Source: Planctomycetota bacterium (GTDB lineage: Bacteria > Planctomycetota > PLA2 > JAEUHO01). From it: a stretch of DNA of 64,000 bases. The DNA is taken from NCBI GenBank assembly GCA_050248855.1, contig JBFWRP010000005.1:1-64000 (forward strand), in the 5' to 3' direction. Position 1 is the first letter of the stretch. Every line of letters begins with the position of its first letter. The notes below the pieces were generated by a model. The model had not been told where the DNA came from. It saw only the letters and a program-made list of their open reading frames with translations, and made no database searches. This document shows positions 27,057 through 37,266 of the stretch, one piece after another. The position numbers were made by a program, and so were the translations under genes.

Positions 27057-28130
27057 TTACCCCGACACGAGGCTCCGCACCTCTTGGAGCACCCGCTCCA
27101 CGGGGATCTTCGCGAGGCACGGATGGCCGGGCACGGGGCACTCGCGCAGGAAGCACGGACTGCACGGCTCGGGGTCGTGGACCAGCCGGAGCTCGCCGGG
27201 GCCGAGCGGCGCACTGACGATCGGGTCGGTTGCGCCGAACAGCGCGACGACCGGTGTCCCCACCGCCGTCGCGCAGTGCATGGGTCCCGTGTCGTTCGTC
27301 ACGAGCAGGTCCGCACTGGCGAGCAGCCCCAGGAGCACGCCCAGGTCCGCCGTGCGCCCGACGCCGCGCAGCAGGTCGGGCGCACGGGCCGCCACCTGCG
27401 CCTCGATCGCCGCTGCCGCCGGCGTGCCCACCGTCACCACGTCGATCCCGCGCTCGCCGAGCCGCCGCGCCAGCTCCGCGAACGAAGCGACGGGCCAGCA
27501 CTTGGCCGGCCCGTAGCTGGCCCCGGCCTCGATGGCCACGAGCGGTCGCTCGCTGCGCCGACCGAGCGCAAGCAACAGGCGCCGCGCACGCTCGCGCTCG
27601 CCCTGGCTCACGGCGAGCGGCGGCGGCTCGGCTTCGGGAACCTCCACGCCGAACGGCGCCGCAAGCGCGGCGAAGAACCGGCTGCGGTGGGCGCTACGGA
27701 GCGGCTGCCAGCCACGCACCCCGTGCGTCAAGAGCGGCCCCTTGCCGCGCGCGCCGAAGCCCACGCGCACCGGGATGCGCGCCAAGAAGGGCGCCAGCGC
27801 CGCACGATGCCCCCGCGGAAAGACCACCGCCGCGTCGAACGCGCCGTCCCGAAGCACGCGCCGGCTGGCGAGCAGGTCCCGCGGCGTGCGGTCGCGGCCG
27901 GTTGGGAGCACGTCGTGGACGCCGGGGAGCCGCGCGGCGAGCGGCAGGAACGGCTGCGGCGCCTGCGCCACGAACGTGGCGTCGGGCAGCGAGGCCGTGA
28001 TGGCCGCCACGGCGGGCCGCGCCATGACGACATCGCCAAGCCACGAGGGCAAGCGCAGCAAGACGCGCTGCAAGCCGGGCGAAACAGGGGGAGCGGACGT
28101 CGTCGCCGGGACGACGTCGGTCGGGCTCAC
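27057..28130 (-). CDS. waaF: LPS heptosyltransferase II (GT9)
   Basis: RLPSWLGDVVMA, GASYGPAKCWP, TNDTGPMH, ALFGATDP and CSPCFLRECP. Confidence 0.88.
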   Translation of the reverse strand: MSPTDVVPATTSAPPVSPGLQRVLLRLPSWLGDVVMARPAVAAITASLPDATFVAQAPQPFLPLAARLPGVHDVLPTGRDRTPRDLLASRRVLRDGAFDAAVVFPRGHRAALAPFLARIPVRVGFGARGKGPLLTHGVRGWQPLRSAHRSRFFAALAAPFGVEVPEAEPPPLAVSQGERERARRLLLALGRRSERPLVAIEAGASYGPAKCWPVASFAELARRLGERGIDVVTVGTPAAAAIEAQVAARAPDLLRGVGRTADLGVLLGLLASADLLVTNDTGPMHCATAVGTPVVALFGATDPIVSAPLGPGELRLVHDPEPCSPCFLRECPVPGHPCLAKIPVERVLQEVRSLVSG

Positions 28131-28360
28131 GCGCCGTCCGTCGCCCCGTCCACGGCGCCATCGCCGGGCTGCTCGGGAGCGGCGGCCGGAGTGTCCTTCT
28201 TCATGCGCGCCGTGGACATCTGCGCGTCGACCAGGTACTTGCCGAGGTAGATCACGAACGACAGGCCCAGCAAGGCGACGGCCAGGAGGTACCAACGGGG
28301 GACCGGCGCGACGCCCTCGGTGATGCCTGAGTCGGAGTGGTAGACGGGGCCGTCGCTCAT
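28127..28360 (-). CDS. Small membrane protein resembling the CcoP/FixP N-terminal segment, without a heme domain
   Basis: HSDSGITEGVAPVPRWY resembles H.(Y)DGI.E.DNPLPRWW; one TM helix; no CXXCH. Confidence 0.6.
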   Translation of the reverse strand: MSDGPVYHSDSGITEGVAPVPRWYLLAVALLGLSFVIYLGKYLVDAQMSTARMKKDTPAAAPEQPGDGAVDGATDGA

Positions 28361-28584
28361 CGTGCTGCGCGCTCCCGTGCAAGCCGTGCCTCGTGGGCAG
28401 CGAGGTCAGCCGCACTGATGGTGTCTTGCGCGTCCTGCTCGAGCAGGTCGCGGGCCGCCCGCTCGACGTCGTCGTACTGCCCGGACTTGATGCTCCAGGT
28501 GAAGACGAGCCAAGCGCCGAGGCCCATCACGAGGCAGACCGCGAAGATCCACCAGATGACGGACATGGCGAGGACGGGCGTCAT
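28357..28584 (-). CDS. ccoS: cbb3-type oxidase assembly protein CcoS
   Basis: F.WSIKSGQYDDVE motif after a TM helix. Confidence 0.85.
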   Translation of the reverse strand: MTPVLAMSVIWWIFAVCLVMGLGAWLVFTWSIKSGQYDDVERAARDLLEQDAQDTISAADLAAHEARLARERAAR

Positions 28585-28593
28585 GGCGGCAGT

Positions 28594-30726
28594 CTACGCC
28601 GAGGGGGCCGTGGAGGGGGTCGCCGGGCGCACCGCCGCAGGCCCGGGAGGGCGTCGCAGGAGCGCCTCGAGCCGGGCCCGGAGCGCCACCGTCGAACCGA
28701 TCACGGCCAGGCTGCTGACGATCATGGCCAGGGCGGCCAAGAGCGGTGGCAGCCCCACCACCACGGCCACGCCGATGGCGACCACGTTGTAGAGGAACGC
28801 CTGGAACAGGTTCCACGCCACGGCCCGGCGCGTGGCCCGCGCCGCGACGAGGAGCGCCGGGATCCGGGTGAGGTCCGAGCCGAGCAGGCTCACGTCGGCC
28901 GTCTCGCGGGCGAGGTCCGTGCCCGAGCCCACGGCGACACCCAGGTCGGCCGCGGCCAGGGCCGGGGCGTCGTTGAGGCCGTCGCCGACGAACGCGACGG
29001 GGCGGGCACCCTCGAGCAGGGCCTCGACCTTGGCGTCGGGCAACAGCCCGCCGCGCCCGACGAGGCCGGGGACGCCCAAGCGCCGGACGAGGTCGTCAAC
29101 GGCGATCGGGGCGTCGCCGCTGGCAATCTCCACGCCCACGCCGCCGGCCACGAGCTGCCGCAGGGCGCCCGCCGCTTCCGGGCGCGCCTCGTCACCCAGC
29201 ACGATCGCGCCCACGACGCGGCCATCGGCCTCGACCCCCACGACGCCGGGTGTGTCCGCCTCGGGCACCGGTCCCGCGAGCCACGCCGGCGCCCCGACGC
29301 GCACCGCCCGCTCGGCGCCGCCCTCGAGCACGGTGGCCTCCACGCCGCGCCCCGGGACGACACGCGAGGCGCGAGCGAGCGCCGGTGCGTCGGTCGCGGC
29401 GCGGATGCCCCGGGCGAGCGGGTGCTCGCTGCCGCTCTCGGCCGCAGCGGCCAGGGCGAGCACACGCCGGGCGGACTCCCCGTGCGCCGACACCACGCGC
29501 ACGACGCGTGGCGTGCCGACGGTCAAGGTGCCGGTCTTGTCGAACACGACGCGGCGCACGCGCGGCAGCGCGCCAAGCGCTTCGCCCGTGCGCACGAGAA
29601 CGCCGCGCTCGGCCAGGGCGCCGAGCGCCGTCGTCACCGCGAGGGGCGTGGCGATGCCCAGGGCGCAGGGACAGCTGACCACGAGCACGGACAGTGCGTG
29701 GAGCAGCCCATCGGCCAGGGGGCGGCCTACCGCGAGATCGTGGGCCAGCACGCCGCCCGCGAGCAGCAGCACGAGCGGCACGAACACGGCGCTGATGCGG
29801 TCGGCGAGGCGCTCGAGCGGTGCGCGGCGCATGCGCGCCGCGGCCAGCACGTCGGCGATGCGCCCAAGCAAGGTCTCGGCGCCCACGGCCTCCACGGCCA
29901 CGACGAGGGCGCCGTCGCGGGGCACGGTCGGCGCACGGACCAGGTCCCCGGGCCCCACGGCTCGCGGAAGCGGCTCGCCGGTGAGCGCGGCTTCATCCAC
30001 GAACGCGCGCCCTCCGACGACACGGCCGTCGGCGGGCACGCGCTCGCCCGGCAGCACGCGCACGTGGTCCCCCGCGGCCAGCTGGTCGGCCGCGACGTGC
30101 TCGTCGTCCTCCGGCGGTGCGTCGGCCCGAGGCAGACGCCGCGCCGGTCGCTCGGCCGCGGAGAGGAACGCGGAGAGCGATCGCGTGGCGCGACGCTTGG
30201 CGGAGGCCTCCATCCAGCGCCCGACGGTCATCAACGTGGCCAGCGCCGCCACGGTGTCGAACCAGAGCGGCTCGGTCCGGCCCTCCAACACGGTCCACCA
30301 CGACGCCGCGTAGCCGGCGAGCAGCGCGATGCCCACGAGGAGGTCGGCCCCGATCCGCGCGCGGGAGAGCCCGGAGGCCGCCGACAGCAGGATCGGCAGA
30401 CCGAGGCCAAGGAGCACGGGCAGGCAGAGCAGGCCCTGGACCCACGGCGCAACGCGCGCGTAGGTGGGATCGTCCGCGGCACTCGGGTCCAGGTACTGGA
30501 TCCACTGCACCAGCATGACGGCCATCGTGAACACGAAGCCCAGACCGATGCGCGCGAGGAGCGCCGCCGAGACGCCTCCCCCACCGCGGTGGCTCGGTCC
30601 TGCGAAGCGCCACGCGATGGAGCAGCCCAGGCAGCAGAACGCGTGAGGCGCGCCGGCCACCTTGCGCTCGACGCGACCGGCGCCCAACGGCAGCCCGCAG
30701 TGGTCGCAGCCGTGTACGGCGCTCAC
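28594..30726 (-). CDS. ccoI: Cu-type P1B ATPase (CcoI/FixI-like)
   Basis: CDHCG..FCCLGC N-terminus, TGE, CPC, DKTGTLT, SEHPL, GDGLNDAP, YN. Confidence 0.9.
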   Translation of the reverse strand: MSAVHGCDHCGLPLGAGRVERKVAGAPHAFCCLGCSIAWRFAGPSHRGGGGVSAALLARIGLGFVFTMAVMLVQWIQYLDPSAADDPTYARVAPWVQGLLCLPVLLGLGLPILLSAASGLSRARIGADLLVGIALLAGYAASWWTVLEGRTEPLWFDTVAALATLMTVGRWMEASAKRRATRSLSAFLSAAERPARRLPRADAPPEDDEHVAADQLAAGDHVRVLPGERVPADGRVVGGRAFVDEAALTGEPLPRAVGPGDLVRAPTVPRDGALVVAVEAVGAETLLGRIADVLAAARMRRAPLERLADRISAVFVPLVLLLAGGVLAHDLAVGRPLADGLLHALSVLVVSCPCALGIATPLAVTTALGALAERGVLVRTGEALGALPRVRRVVFDKTGTLTVGTPRVVRVVSAHGESARRVLALAAAAESGSEHPLARGIRAATDAPALARASRVVPGRGVEATVLEGGAERAVRVGAPAWLAGPVPEADTPGVVGVEADGRVVGAIVLGDEARPEAAGALRQLVAGGVGVEIASGDAPIAVDDLVRRLGVPGLVGRGGLLPDAKVEALLEGARPVAFVGDGLNDAPALAAADLGVAVGSGTDLARETADVSLLGSDLTRIPALLVAARATRRAVAWNLFQAFLYNVVAIGVAVVVGLPPLLAALAMIVSSLAVIGSTVALRARLEALLRRPPGPAAVRPATPSTAPSA

Positions 30727-31445
30727 GACGGCCGCTCCGGAGCGGTCGGGTGCACGTGGCCGGGCGCGTGGTGCTCGTGCCCCCCGGGGCCGTGCAGCAG
30801 CTCGGGGAAGACGCCGCGCACGACCGTGACGAGTCCGAGCACGATCACGACGATCCCGGCCGCGCGCACGGCGCGCGCCCGTCCACGCGGGCCCAACGTG
30901 GCGCCCATCAACACGACGAGCGCCAACGCCGGCACGGTGCCCAGCGCGAGCGTCGCCATGACCCCCATCGCCGGCAGGGTGCGTCCCGTGGAGAGCGCCT
31001 CCATGAGGAAGGCGTAGACCAGGGGACACGGCAAGAAGCCCGTGAGCAGGCCCAGCGCGATCGGCGCGGTGGGTCCGCGCAGGTTGACCACGGCCTTGAC
31101 GGCGCGGTCGTACAGCGACCCCGGCCCGAAGAGCCCGCCCAAGGGCAGCTCCTTGAGCCAGCCGGCGATCTGCAGGCCCGCCAGCACCATGAGCGCGCCG
31201 GCCAGCGCCGACAGGAGCGCCTGCGCGGCGGCAAACCAGGCGGCCTTCAGCCAGAGGCCCCCGAGCGTGCCCACGAGCGCGCCCAGGAACACGTACGTGC
31301 CCGCTTTGCCGACGTGGAACAGGCCCTGCCAGGCGATGCGTCGCCACGGCACGGCGCCCGGCCGGTCCAGCGCCAGCACGAAGCCGCCGCACATGCCGAC
31401 GCAGTGCAGCGAGCCGGCGATGGCGGTGACGAGGAGGACGAGCAT
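30723..31445 (-). CDS. DsbD_2/TauE-like membrane protein associated with cbb3 assembly
   Basis: GSLHCVGMCGG and GFLPCPLVY motifs; His-rich tail. Confidence 0.85.
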   Translation of the reverse strand: MLVLLVTAIAGSLHCVGMCGGFVLALDRPGAVPWRRIAWQGLFHVGKAGTYVFLGALVGTLGGLWLKAAWFAAAQALLSALAGALMVLAGLQIAGWLKELPLGGLFGPGSLYDRAVKAVVNLRGPTAPIALGLLTGFLPCPLVYAFLMEALSTGRTLPAMGVMATLALGTVPALALVVLMGATLGPRGRARAVRAAGIVVIVLGLVTVVRGVFPELLHGPGGHEHHAPGHVHPTAPERPS

Positions 31446-31486
31446 GGCCCCTCCTCCTCCGGGCTCACGAGGTGGCGGCTACCGGA

Positions 31487-33553
31487 CTACTCGTCTTCGG
31501 AGTAGCTGACCGGCCAGACGGCCTTGTCGCCGTACATCAGGCGGTAGACGTACCAGACCAGGGCCCAGTCGTCGCCGAAGGTGCCACGGCGGCCGAAGAT
31601 CACCGTCCGCTTGAGCGACGTGAGGTACTCGCCGACCGATCCGTCCTTCTCCTCGCGCTCGACGCCGGGGAGATCTTCGCCGAGCACGCTGAAGAGCTTG
31701 ACGCGAGCCGTCTGCTTGGCGGCCGCGACGGCCTCGGCCGAACCGCCCTCCTTCTCCAGACGCTCCAACGCGTCGGCCGCCTTCCAGCCGGTCTCGAAGT
31801 CGACCTGCGACGACGGCATGCCCGTGCCATCCAGGCCGGTGAACACCGTGCGGTAGATGTCCCGCGGCGTGGCGCCTCCGCGCATGCGCAGCTCGGGCTG
31901 GTCGTGCTCGGAGCGCTTGGCGAAGTCGCGCGGGCGGACCAGGCCGCCGTTGTCCTTGGTGGTGCCGTTCCAGCCCGGCCCGTCGCCGCGACCCGTGGTG
32001 CCGTGGCAGTTGTTGCACTTCATGGCCACGTAGACGGCCTTGCCGCGGGCGAACAGCTCGTCGGCCTCCTCGATGGCCATCGGAGGCATCGGGGGGATCG
32101 CCAAGCGCAGGCTCTCGTCGTTGAACGGCTTGGCCCCGCCGTCGACGCTCTCCTGGAAGTGCTTGATGTAGTCCACGAGCAGCCAGAGGTGCTCCTCGGG
32201 CAGGTCGCGCCACGGCGGCATGGACGTGCCGGGAAGCCCCTGCCACAGCGAGCGGAACAGGTCGCCGTCCAGCGGCAGGTTGCCGACCTGCGTGCTGCGG
32301 TAGCGGTACTTGGCGATCGTGAAGTCACGCGGGCGCACCGGGAGGAACTGGGCCCCGGGGCCGTTGCCACGCCCCTCCTCCCCATGGCATCCCACGCAGT
32401 AGCGGTCGTAGAGCTGCTTGCCGCGCGTGAGGCGGTCGTCCCACGTAGGGTTCAGCTTGCGCCAAGCGGCCATCCGCGCCGCGTACTCCTCCACGAGGAA
32501 GCGCGTGTCCTCGCGCTCCGCGGCCGTCTGCTGGTCGGCGGCCACGCCGTAGACGCGCGCCTCCCGCGGCCGCAGCGGCATGCGGCCGTCGTCCAGGGGC
32601 GTCGCGATGCCCGCCTCGCGCTTGGGCTGGCCGTTCTCGTCGAGCACCGGCTTGCCCTCGTCGTCGAACGCCTGGAACGAGCCGAACGCGAACTCGTCGA
32701 ACCCCCACATCGGCGGGGCGTGCGTGCGGATCGGCGTGTCCATGCTGATCGGCTTGCGCCAAGGACCGATGGCCGTGCCGAGGCGCTGCATGTACGTGAT
32801 CAGGTTGTCGAGGTCCTTGGTGTTGCGCGGGCGGGCGTCGTAGTCGGTGACGAGACCGTCCGGCGTGTCCGCTTCGGTGTAGCGGTCCACATAGGCCTTG
32901 AGCTCGGCCTCGCTCTCGCCCTGCTTTCCCTCGGGCGCGAGCACGCCGCCCGCGTCGATGTCGGGCGACTTCAACATCTCCTTGAGGCTTTCGGGCCACA
33001 GGCTTGCCTTGTCGAACTTGGGCGAGACGATCCCGTCCCCATCCGTGTCGAGCTGCCGCAGGAGGTCGTGGATGGCATCGGCCTTGGCGTAGGGCCGGAA
33101 AAGCCACGGGAAGCTCGGCATGACCGACTGCGGCACGGTGTAGCGCGGGTCGTAGAAGTGGGCGACGTGCCAGTCGTCGACCCGGCGCAGCCCCTCGCGG
33201 GCGAGGTCCGGGCCGATGCGGCGCGTGCCGAACAAATGCGGGCGGTCGACCATGGACTCGCCCGCCTGGCTCACGGGCCCCCAGCGCAGGTTCTCGTCGT
33301 TGACGGGTCGGACGAACTGGCTGTGGCAGTGCCAGCAGATCTGCTTGGCGTAGACGTCGCGCCCAGCGGCCTCCTCCTCGGTGTACTCGGGCACCCGGAC
33401 GCGCTCGCCCGACGTGACCTCGATCACGTAGGGCTCCTCCGCATCGGTCACCCAAGCGGGTGCCATCACGATGAGCAAGAAGGCGAAGAAGTAGCAGACG
33501 ACGCCGGCCAGCAAGGCGACGCCACCCCACCGCTCGTAGAACTTGATCGACAT
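31487..33553 (-). CDS. ccoO: cbb3 oxidase subunit II (CcoO) fused to two further cytochrome c domains
   Basis: CWHCHSQFVRP, GTRRIGPDL and SVMP (CcoO); extra CVGCH and CNNCH; EF-hand-like DTDGDGIVS. Confidence 0.88.
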   Translation of the reverse strand: MSIKFYERWGGVALLAGVVCYFFAFLLIVMAPAWVTDAEEPYVIEVTSGERVRVPEYTEEEAAGRDVYAKQICWHCHSQFVRPVNDENLRWGPVSQAGESMVDRPHLFGTRRIGPDLAREGLRRVDDWHVAHFYDPRYTVPQSVMPSFPWLFRPYAKADAIHDLLRQLDTDGDGIVSPKFDKASLWPESLKEMLKSPDIDAGGVLAPEGKQGESEAELKAYVDRYTEADTPDGLVTDYDARPRNTKDLDNLITYMQRLGTAIGPWRKPISMDTPIRTHAPPMWGFDEFAFGSFQAFDDEGKPVLDENGQPKREAGIATPLDDGRMPLRPREARVYGVAADQQTAAEREDTRFLVEEYAARMAAWRKLNPTWDDRLTRGKQLYDRYCVGCHGEEGRGNGPGAQFLPVRPRDFTIAKYRYRSTQVGNLPLDGDLFRSLWQGLPGTSMPPWRDLPEEHLWLLVDYIKHFQESVDGGAKPFNDESLRLAIPPMPPMAIEEADELFARGKAVYVAMKCNNCHGTTGRGDGPGWNGTTKDNGGLVRPRDFAKRSEHDQPELRMRGGATPRDIYRTVFTGLDGTGMPSSQVDFETGWKAADALERLEKEGGSAEAVAAAKQTARVKLFSVLGEDLPGVEREEKDGSVGEYLTSLKRTVIFGRRGTFGDDWALVWYVYRLMYGDKAVWPVSYSEDE

Positions 33554-33574
33554 GGGGACCCCCTTCGCTGCCTG

Positions 33575-35035
33575 TCAGCTGGCCACCGCGGCGACGGCCA
33601 CGCGCGCGCCCGCACCTTCGTGCGTGACGTCCTCGTGGCTGTCGAGCGGCACCCGGCGCCCGTGGATCAGGGTCATGACGACGTTGTAGAAGAACAGGGC
33701 CAAGCCCACGTCCATCAGCGTGCCGCCGAACGTGCGAGCCACCCACAGCGGGCGGATCGCCGTCACCGTGTCGATGAACATGTTGCTGCCGCTCTGCTGC
33801 ATCTCGCCCTGGACGAAGCCGCTGATCGAGAGCACGCAGAACATGAGGCCAAAGCCCACGATCTGCAGCCAGTAGTGCCACCACGCCAGCCGCTTGCTCC
33901 AGAGCGCGCGGCCGGTGATGCGCGTGACGCAGAAGTACGTCGCCGCCATCATCCAGGTGGCGAATGCGCCGTAGACCGCGCTGTGCGCGTGGCCGACGTT
34001 GTAGTCGCCGAAGTGCGTGAGCGCCTGCATGTCGCGGAAGGCCTCGGTCGGCCCCTGGATGCAGGTGATCAGGTACCAGAGCGCCGCGAGCATCGTGAGC
34101 TTGACGACGTAGTTGTCGCTGGACATCAGCTTCCAGCGCCCGCGCATGGTGCCCCACATGTTGGCCGTGAACGCGAGCACGGGGACGAGCAGCATGAGCG
34201 AAGCGCCGATCGCGATGGTCTGGGCCCAGTCGGCAATCGGGCTGTAGATGTAGTGGTGCACGCCGTTCAAGGGATAGAAGAACGCGAGCGCCCAGAACCC
34301 GATCAGCGACAGCTTGTGGCTGTACAACGCGTTCTTCGCGGCGACCGGCAGCATGTAGTAGGCCGCCCCCAGGCCCATCGGCGTGATCCAGAGGCCCACG
34401 ACGTTGTGCAGGTAGAAGCCATGCATGGCCGCGCTGGTCGCACCGGCAGTCTGGGGCAGCACCAGGAACCCGAGCGGCAGGTTGATGGCCGTCCAGAGCA
34501 TCCCGGCCACCCAGTACCAGAGCGAGGCGTAGAGGTGCTGGTGGCGGCGCTGCGCGATGGTGACGAAGAAGGGGATCGTCACGAACAGGAAGGCAATGGT
34601 GTTCGAGATGTCCACGGGCAGCGGGTACTCGCCCGCCTCGACCGGCTGGATGTAGCCCATCAGCAGGCAGGTCTCGCCGATGACGACGCCGACCTGGAAC
34701 AGCGCCATGCCCCACCACGCCAAGCGCGGCAGCGCGAGGGGCCGGCCGCACAGCTTGGGCACGGCATAGCACATGAACCCGAAGACGGCCGTGCTGAAGA
34801 GACCGAAGACGACGCCGTTCACGTGGGCGATGCGCAGACGCGCGAACTGCAGCCACTCGACGTTCGCCAGGAAGTACGGGTCGTCCAGCTTCATCGCGGC
34901 GAGCAGGCCCAGCACGGGGCCCACCACCATCCAGAACAGCGTTCCGGTGAACCAAGCCTTCACCAGCTTGCGGTCCACCAAGGGGATCCCGTGGGGAGTC
35001 GGCTCCGCCAGGGCCGCGCTCGCGCTCGCCGTCAT
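33575..35035 (-). CDS. ccoN: cbb3-type (C-family) heme-copper oxidase subunit I
   Basis: RLRIAHVN, HNVVG, FW..FFYPLNGVHH and HFGDYNVGHAH; helix VII Tyr retained. Confidence 0.9.
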   Translation of the reverse strand: MTASASAALAEPTPHGIPLVDRKLVKAWFTGTLFWMVVGPVLGLLAAMKLDDPYFLANVEWLQFARLRIAHVNGVVFGLFSTAVFGFMCYAVPKLCGRPLALPRLAWWGMALFQVGVVIGETCLLMGYIQPVEAGEYPLPVDISNTIAFLFVTIPFFVTIAQRRHQHLYASLWYWVAGMLWTAINLPLGFLVLPQTAGATSAAMHGFYLHNVVGLWITPMGLGAAYYMLPVAAKNALYSHKLSLIGFWALAFFYPLNGVHHYIYSPIADWAQTIAIGASLMLLVPVLAFTANMWGTMRGRWKLMSSDNYVVKLTMLAALWYLITCIQGPTEAFRDMQALTHFGDYNVGHAHSAVYGAFATWMMAATYFCVTRITGRALWSKRLAWWHYWLQIVGFGLMFCVLSISGFVQGEMQQSGSNMFIDTVTAIRPLWVARTFGGTLMDVGLALFFYNVVMTLIHGRRVPLDSHEDVTHEGAGARVAVAAVAS

Positions 35036-35125
35036 GCTGCTCTCCCTGCCGCCGCCCCCCGGGCGGACGCACCTCGATCCGCTGGGGACGGCCGGCCTCC
35101 CGAGCCTGCCGCCCCCGAAATCGTC

Positions 35126-36145
35126 CTACTTGCCGGGCGCCGGCGCGGTCAGCTCGACCGTGGCCGCCTTGCCCGCCTCCACCGTGACGGTGACGGTCTC
35201 TTCCCAGTCCGCCCCGTACTCGTAGCTGGAGATCTTGTTGTCCACGACCACGGGCGTCTCTTCCATGCCCTCGTGCCAGACCTTCACCGTGTACTCGCCG
35301 GGCGGCACGCCTTCGAGGACGAACTTGCCCTTGGCGTCGGTCACGGCGAAGTAGGGGTTGGTCACGGCATGGATGTAGGCGTTCATCCAGGGATGGATGT
35401 CGCACTTGACGATGTACTTGCCTGGCTTCGCCAAGTAGGCCTCGGCCACGATCTGCTGCTTGGTCCCCGCGCCGGAGCCGAAGTTGAACACGGTGTTGAG
35501 CATCGACTCCAGGTAGCCGTGGATGTTGTGGAGCGCGTTGTCGCTGTTGTCCACGGCCAGCTGCGTCTTCTCGCGCGTGACCATGACGTGCGGGATGTAC
35601 TGGCAGGACTTCTGGTCGATCGTCGTCAGACGGTCCTTCGGACGCAGCGCTTCGGGCCAGTCCTTGCCCTTCTCGATGCCCTCGATCACGACGACGCAGT
35701 TCGCCAGCCCAAGCGTCTCGGGATCGAACACGCAGCGCTCCGACGGATGGCTCTCGTGGCCGCACGCCTCGAGATCCTTGTCGACGACGATGGTGCCGAT
35801 GACGGGCTGGCCGGAGAGCTTGATGGTGCCTTCGATGCGGCCGGCGTTGGCGACGGCAGACTCGTCCACCTCATAGCTGTCCTTCTTGGAACCGCTGCGA
35901 CTCCCGCGGCCGCGCGCGGGCGCCGCCACCTGCGGCTCGCTCTTCGGCGCGGGCGCGGGACGGGTGAGGTTGGCCGCGGCGACCTCCACGACACCGCCGT
36001 CGTCCGCGGTGCGCGGGCGCGGCTTCATGGCACCCGTGCGACGCGCGCCTTCCCCCTGGAGATCCACGTCGGGGTGGCCGCAGGCCGGGACGAGGGCGAG
36101 CAGGGCGCCCAGGGCGAGCGAGGGAACGAGCGAGGCGATGCGCAT
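35126..36145 (-). CDS. Lipoprotein with cupredoxin-like and carboxypeptidase-regulatory-like domains (paralog 1)
   Basis: Lipobox VPAC; CQYIPHV, N.D..LHNIH, CDIHPWM, VPPGEY.VKVWHE. Confidence 0.8.
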   Translation of the reverse strand: MRIASLVPSLALGALLALVPACGHPDVDLQGEGARRTGAMKPRPRTADDGGVVEVAAANLTRPAPAPKSEPQVAAPARGRGSRSGSKKDSYEVDESAVANAGRIEGTIKLSGQPVIGTIVVDKDLEACGHESHPSERCVFDPETLGLANCVVVIEGIEKGKDWPEALRPKDRLTTIDQKSCQYIPHVMVTREKTQLAVDNSDNALHNIHGYLESMLNTVFNFGSGAGTKQQIVAEAYLAKPGKYIVKCDIHPWMNAYIHAVTNPYFAVTDAKGKFVLEGVPPGEYTVKVWHEGMEETPVVVDNKISSYEYGADWEETVTVTVEAGKAATVELTAPAPGK

Positions 36146-36345
36146 GCGGTTCTCCGGGACGTCCGACCGGAGAGCGAGGGAGACCGGCCGCCGTCGGGCA
36201 GGATTCTAGGGGGCGGCGGCCGACACGCCCGGCAGGAACGGAGCGCTGCCCGGCCGCGGCCCGGGGACCTCGTACGCTCGTTCGAATCCCGACGGAAGCG
36301 ATCCGGACTCCGGGGGCGACCGGCGCCTCTGCGAGGGCGACGCGA

Positions 36346-37266
36346 TCAGCGCGGCGGGATGGTCCGCTCGACCCGCACCGTCTGGCCGGACCCGAGGGTG
36401 ACGGGGATCTCCTCGACCCAGTCCTCGCTGTACTCGTAGGAGCTGATCTTGTTGTCCACGAGGATCGGGACCTCGCCCATGCCCTCGTGCCAGATCTTCA
36501 GCTTGTAGGACCCGGGCGGCACACCCTCCAAGGCGAAGGTCCCCGAGGTGTCCGTGACGGCGAAGTAGGGGTTGGTCACGGCGTGGATCGTGCCGTTCAT
36601 CCACGGGTGGATGTCGCACTTGAGGAGGTACTTGCCGGGCTTCGCGAGATAGGCCTCGGCGATCACGTGCCGCGTGCCTGCGGACCCCATCCCGAAGCTG
36701 CTGCCGGTTCTCGACATGCGCTCGTGATACGCATGCAGGTTGTGGAGGGCGTTGTCCTGGTTGTCGACGACGATCCAGGTCTTCTCGCGCAGCACCTGCA
36801 CGTGCGGCACGAACATGCACTGCCGCATGACCAGCGTGCCCTTGCGGTCCTTGGGCTTCATCGCCTCGGGCCAGTCCTTGCCCTTCGCAATGCCCTGCAG
36901 GGTGATCACGCAGCTGGCCAAGCCCAGCGTCTCGGGGTCGAAGACGCAGCGCTCCGACGGGTGGCTCTCGTGGCCACACGCCTCGACATCCTTGTCGATC
37001 ACGATGCGGCGAAGCTCGGGCTTGCTCTCGAGGCGAAGGACGCCTTCGATGCGCCCCGCGTGCTCGAGCACGGACGCGTCCACGACGTAGTCGTCCTTCT
37101 TGGACCCACCCCGCGAGCCCCGGCCACGCACGGGGGACGGGGCTGGCGCCGACGGTGCCTTCGCGTGTTCGTCCGCGGGAGCGGGTGCCAGCGCGCCGTC
37201 GCCCCCGCCGCCACAACCGACACCGGTCAGGAGGGCGAGGGTGAGAAGCCAGGCGGCGTGGCGCAC
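36346..37266 (-). CDS. Lipoprotein with cupredoxin-like and carboxypeptidase-regulatory-like domains (paralog 2)
   Basis: Lipobox GVGC; near-identical motifs to 35126-36145 (ACGHESHPSERCVFDPETLGLA, CDIHPWM). Confidence 0.8.
   Translation of the reverse strand: MRHAAWLLTLALLTGVGCGGGGDGALAPAPADEHAKAPSAPAPSPVRGRGSRGGSKKDDYVVDASVLEHAGRIEGVLRLESKPELRRIVIDKDVEACGHESHPSERCVFDPETLGLASCVITLQGIAKGKDWPEAMKPKDRKGTLVMRQCMFVPHVQVLREKTWIVVDNQDNALHNLHAYHERMSRTGSSFGMGSAGTRHVIAEAYLAKPGKYLLKCDIHPWMNGTIHAVTNPYFAVTDTSGTFALEGVPPGSYKLKIWHEGMGEVPILVDNKISSYEYSEDWVEEIPVTLGSGQTVRVERTIPPR

Noticed and set aside
33575..35035. Nitric oxide reductase identity for the heme-copper subunit
   Set aside because: The helix VII Tyr of C-family oxidases is present, and ccoO, ccoI and ccoS are adjacent.
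36280..36290. tRNA T-loop-like GTTCGAATCCC
   Set aside because: No pairing T-stem, acceptor stem or anticodon arm around it.
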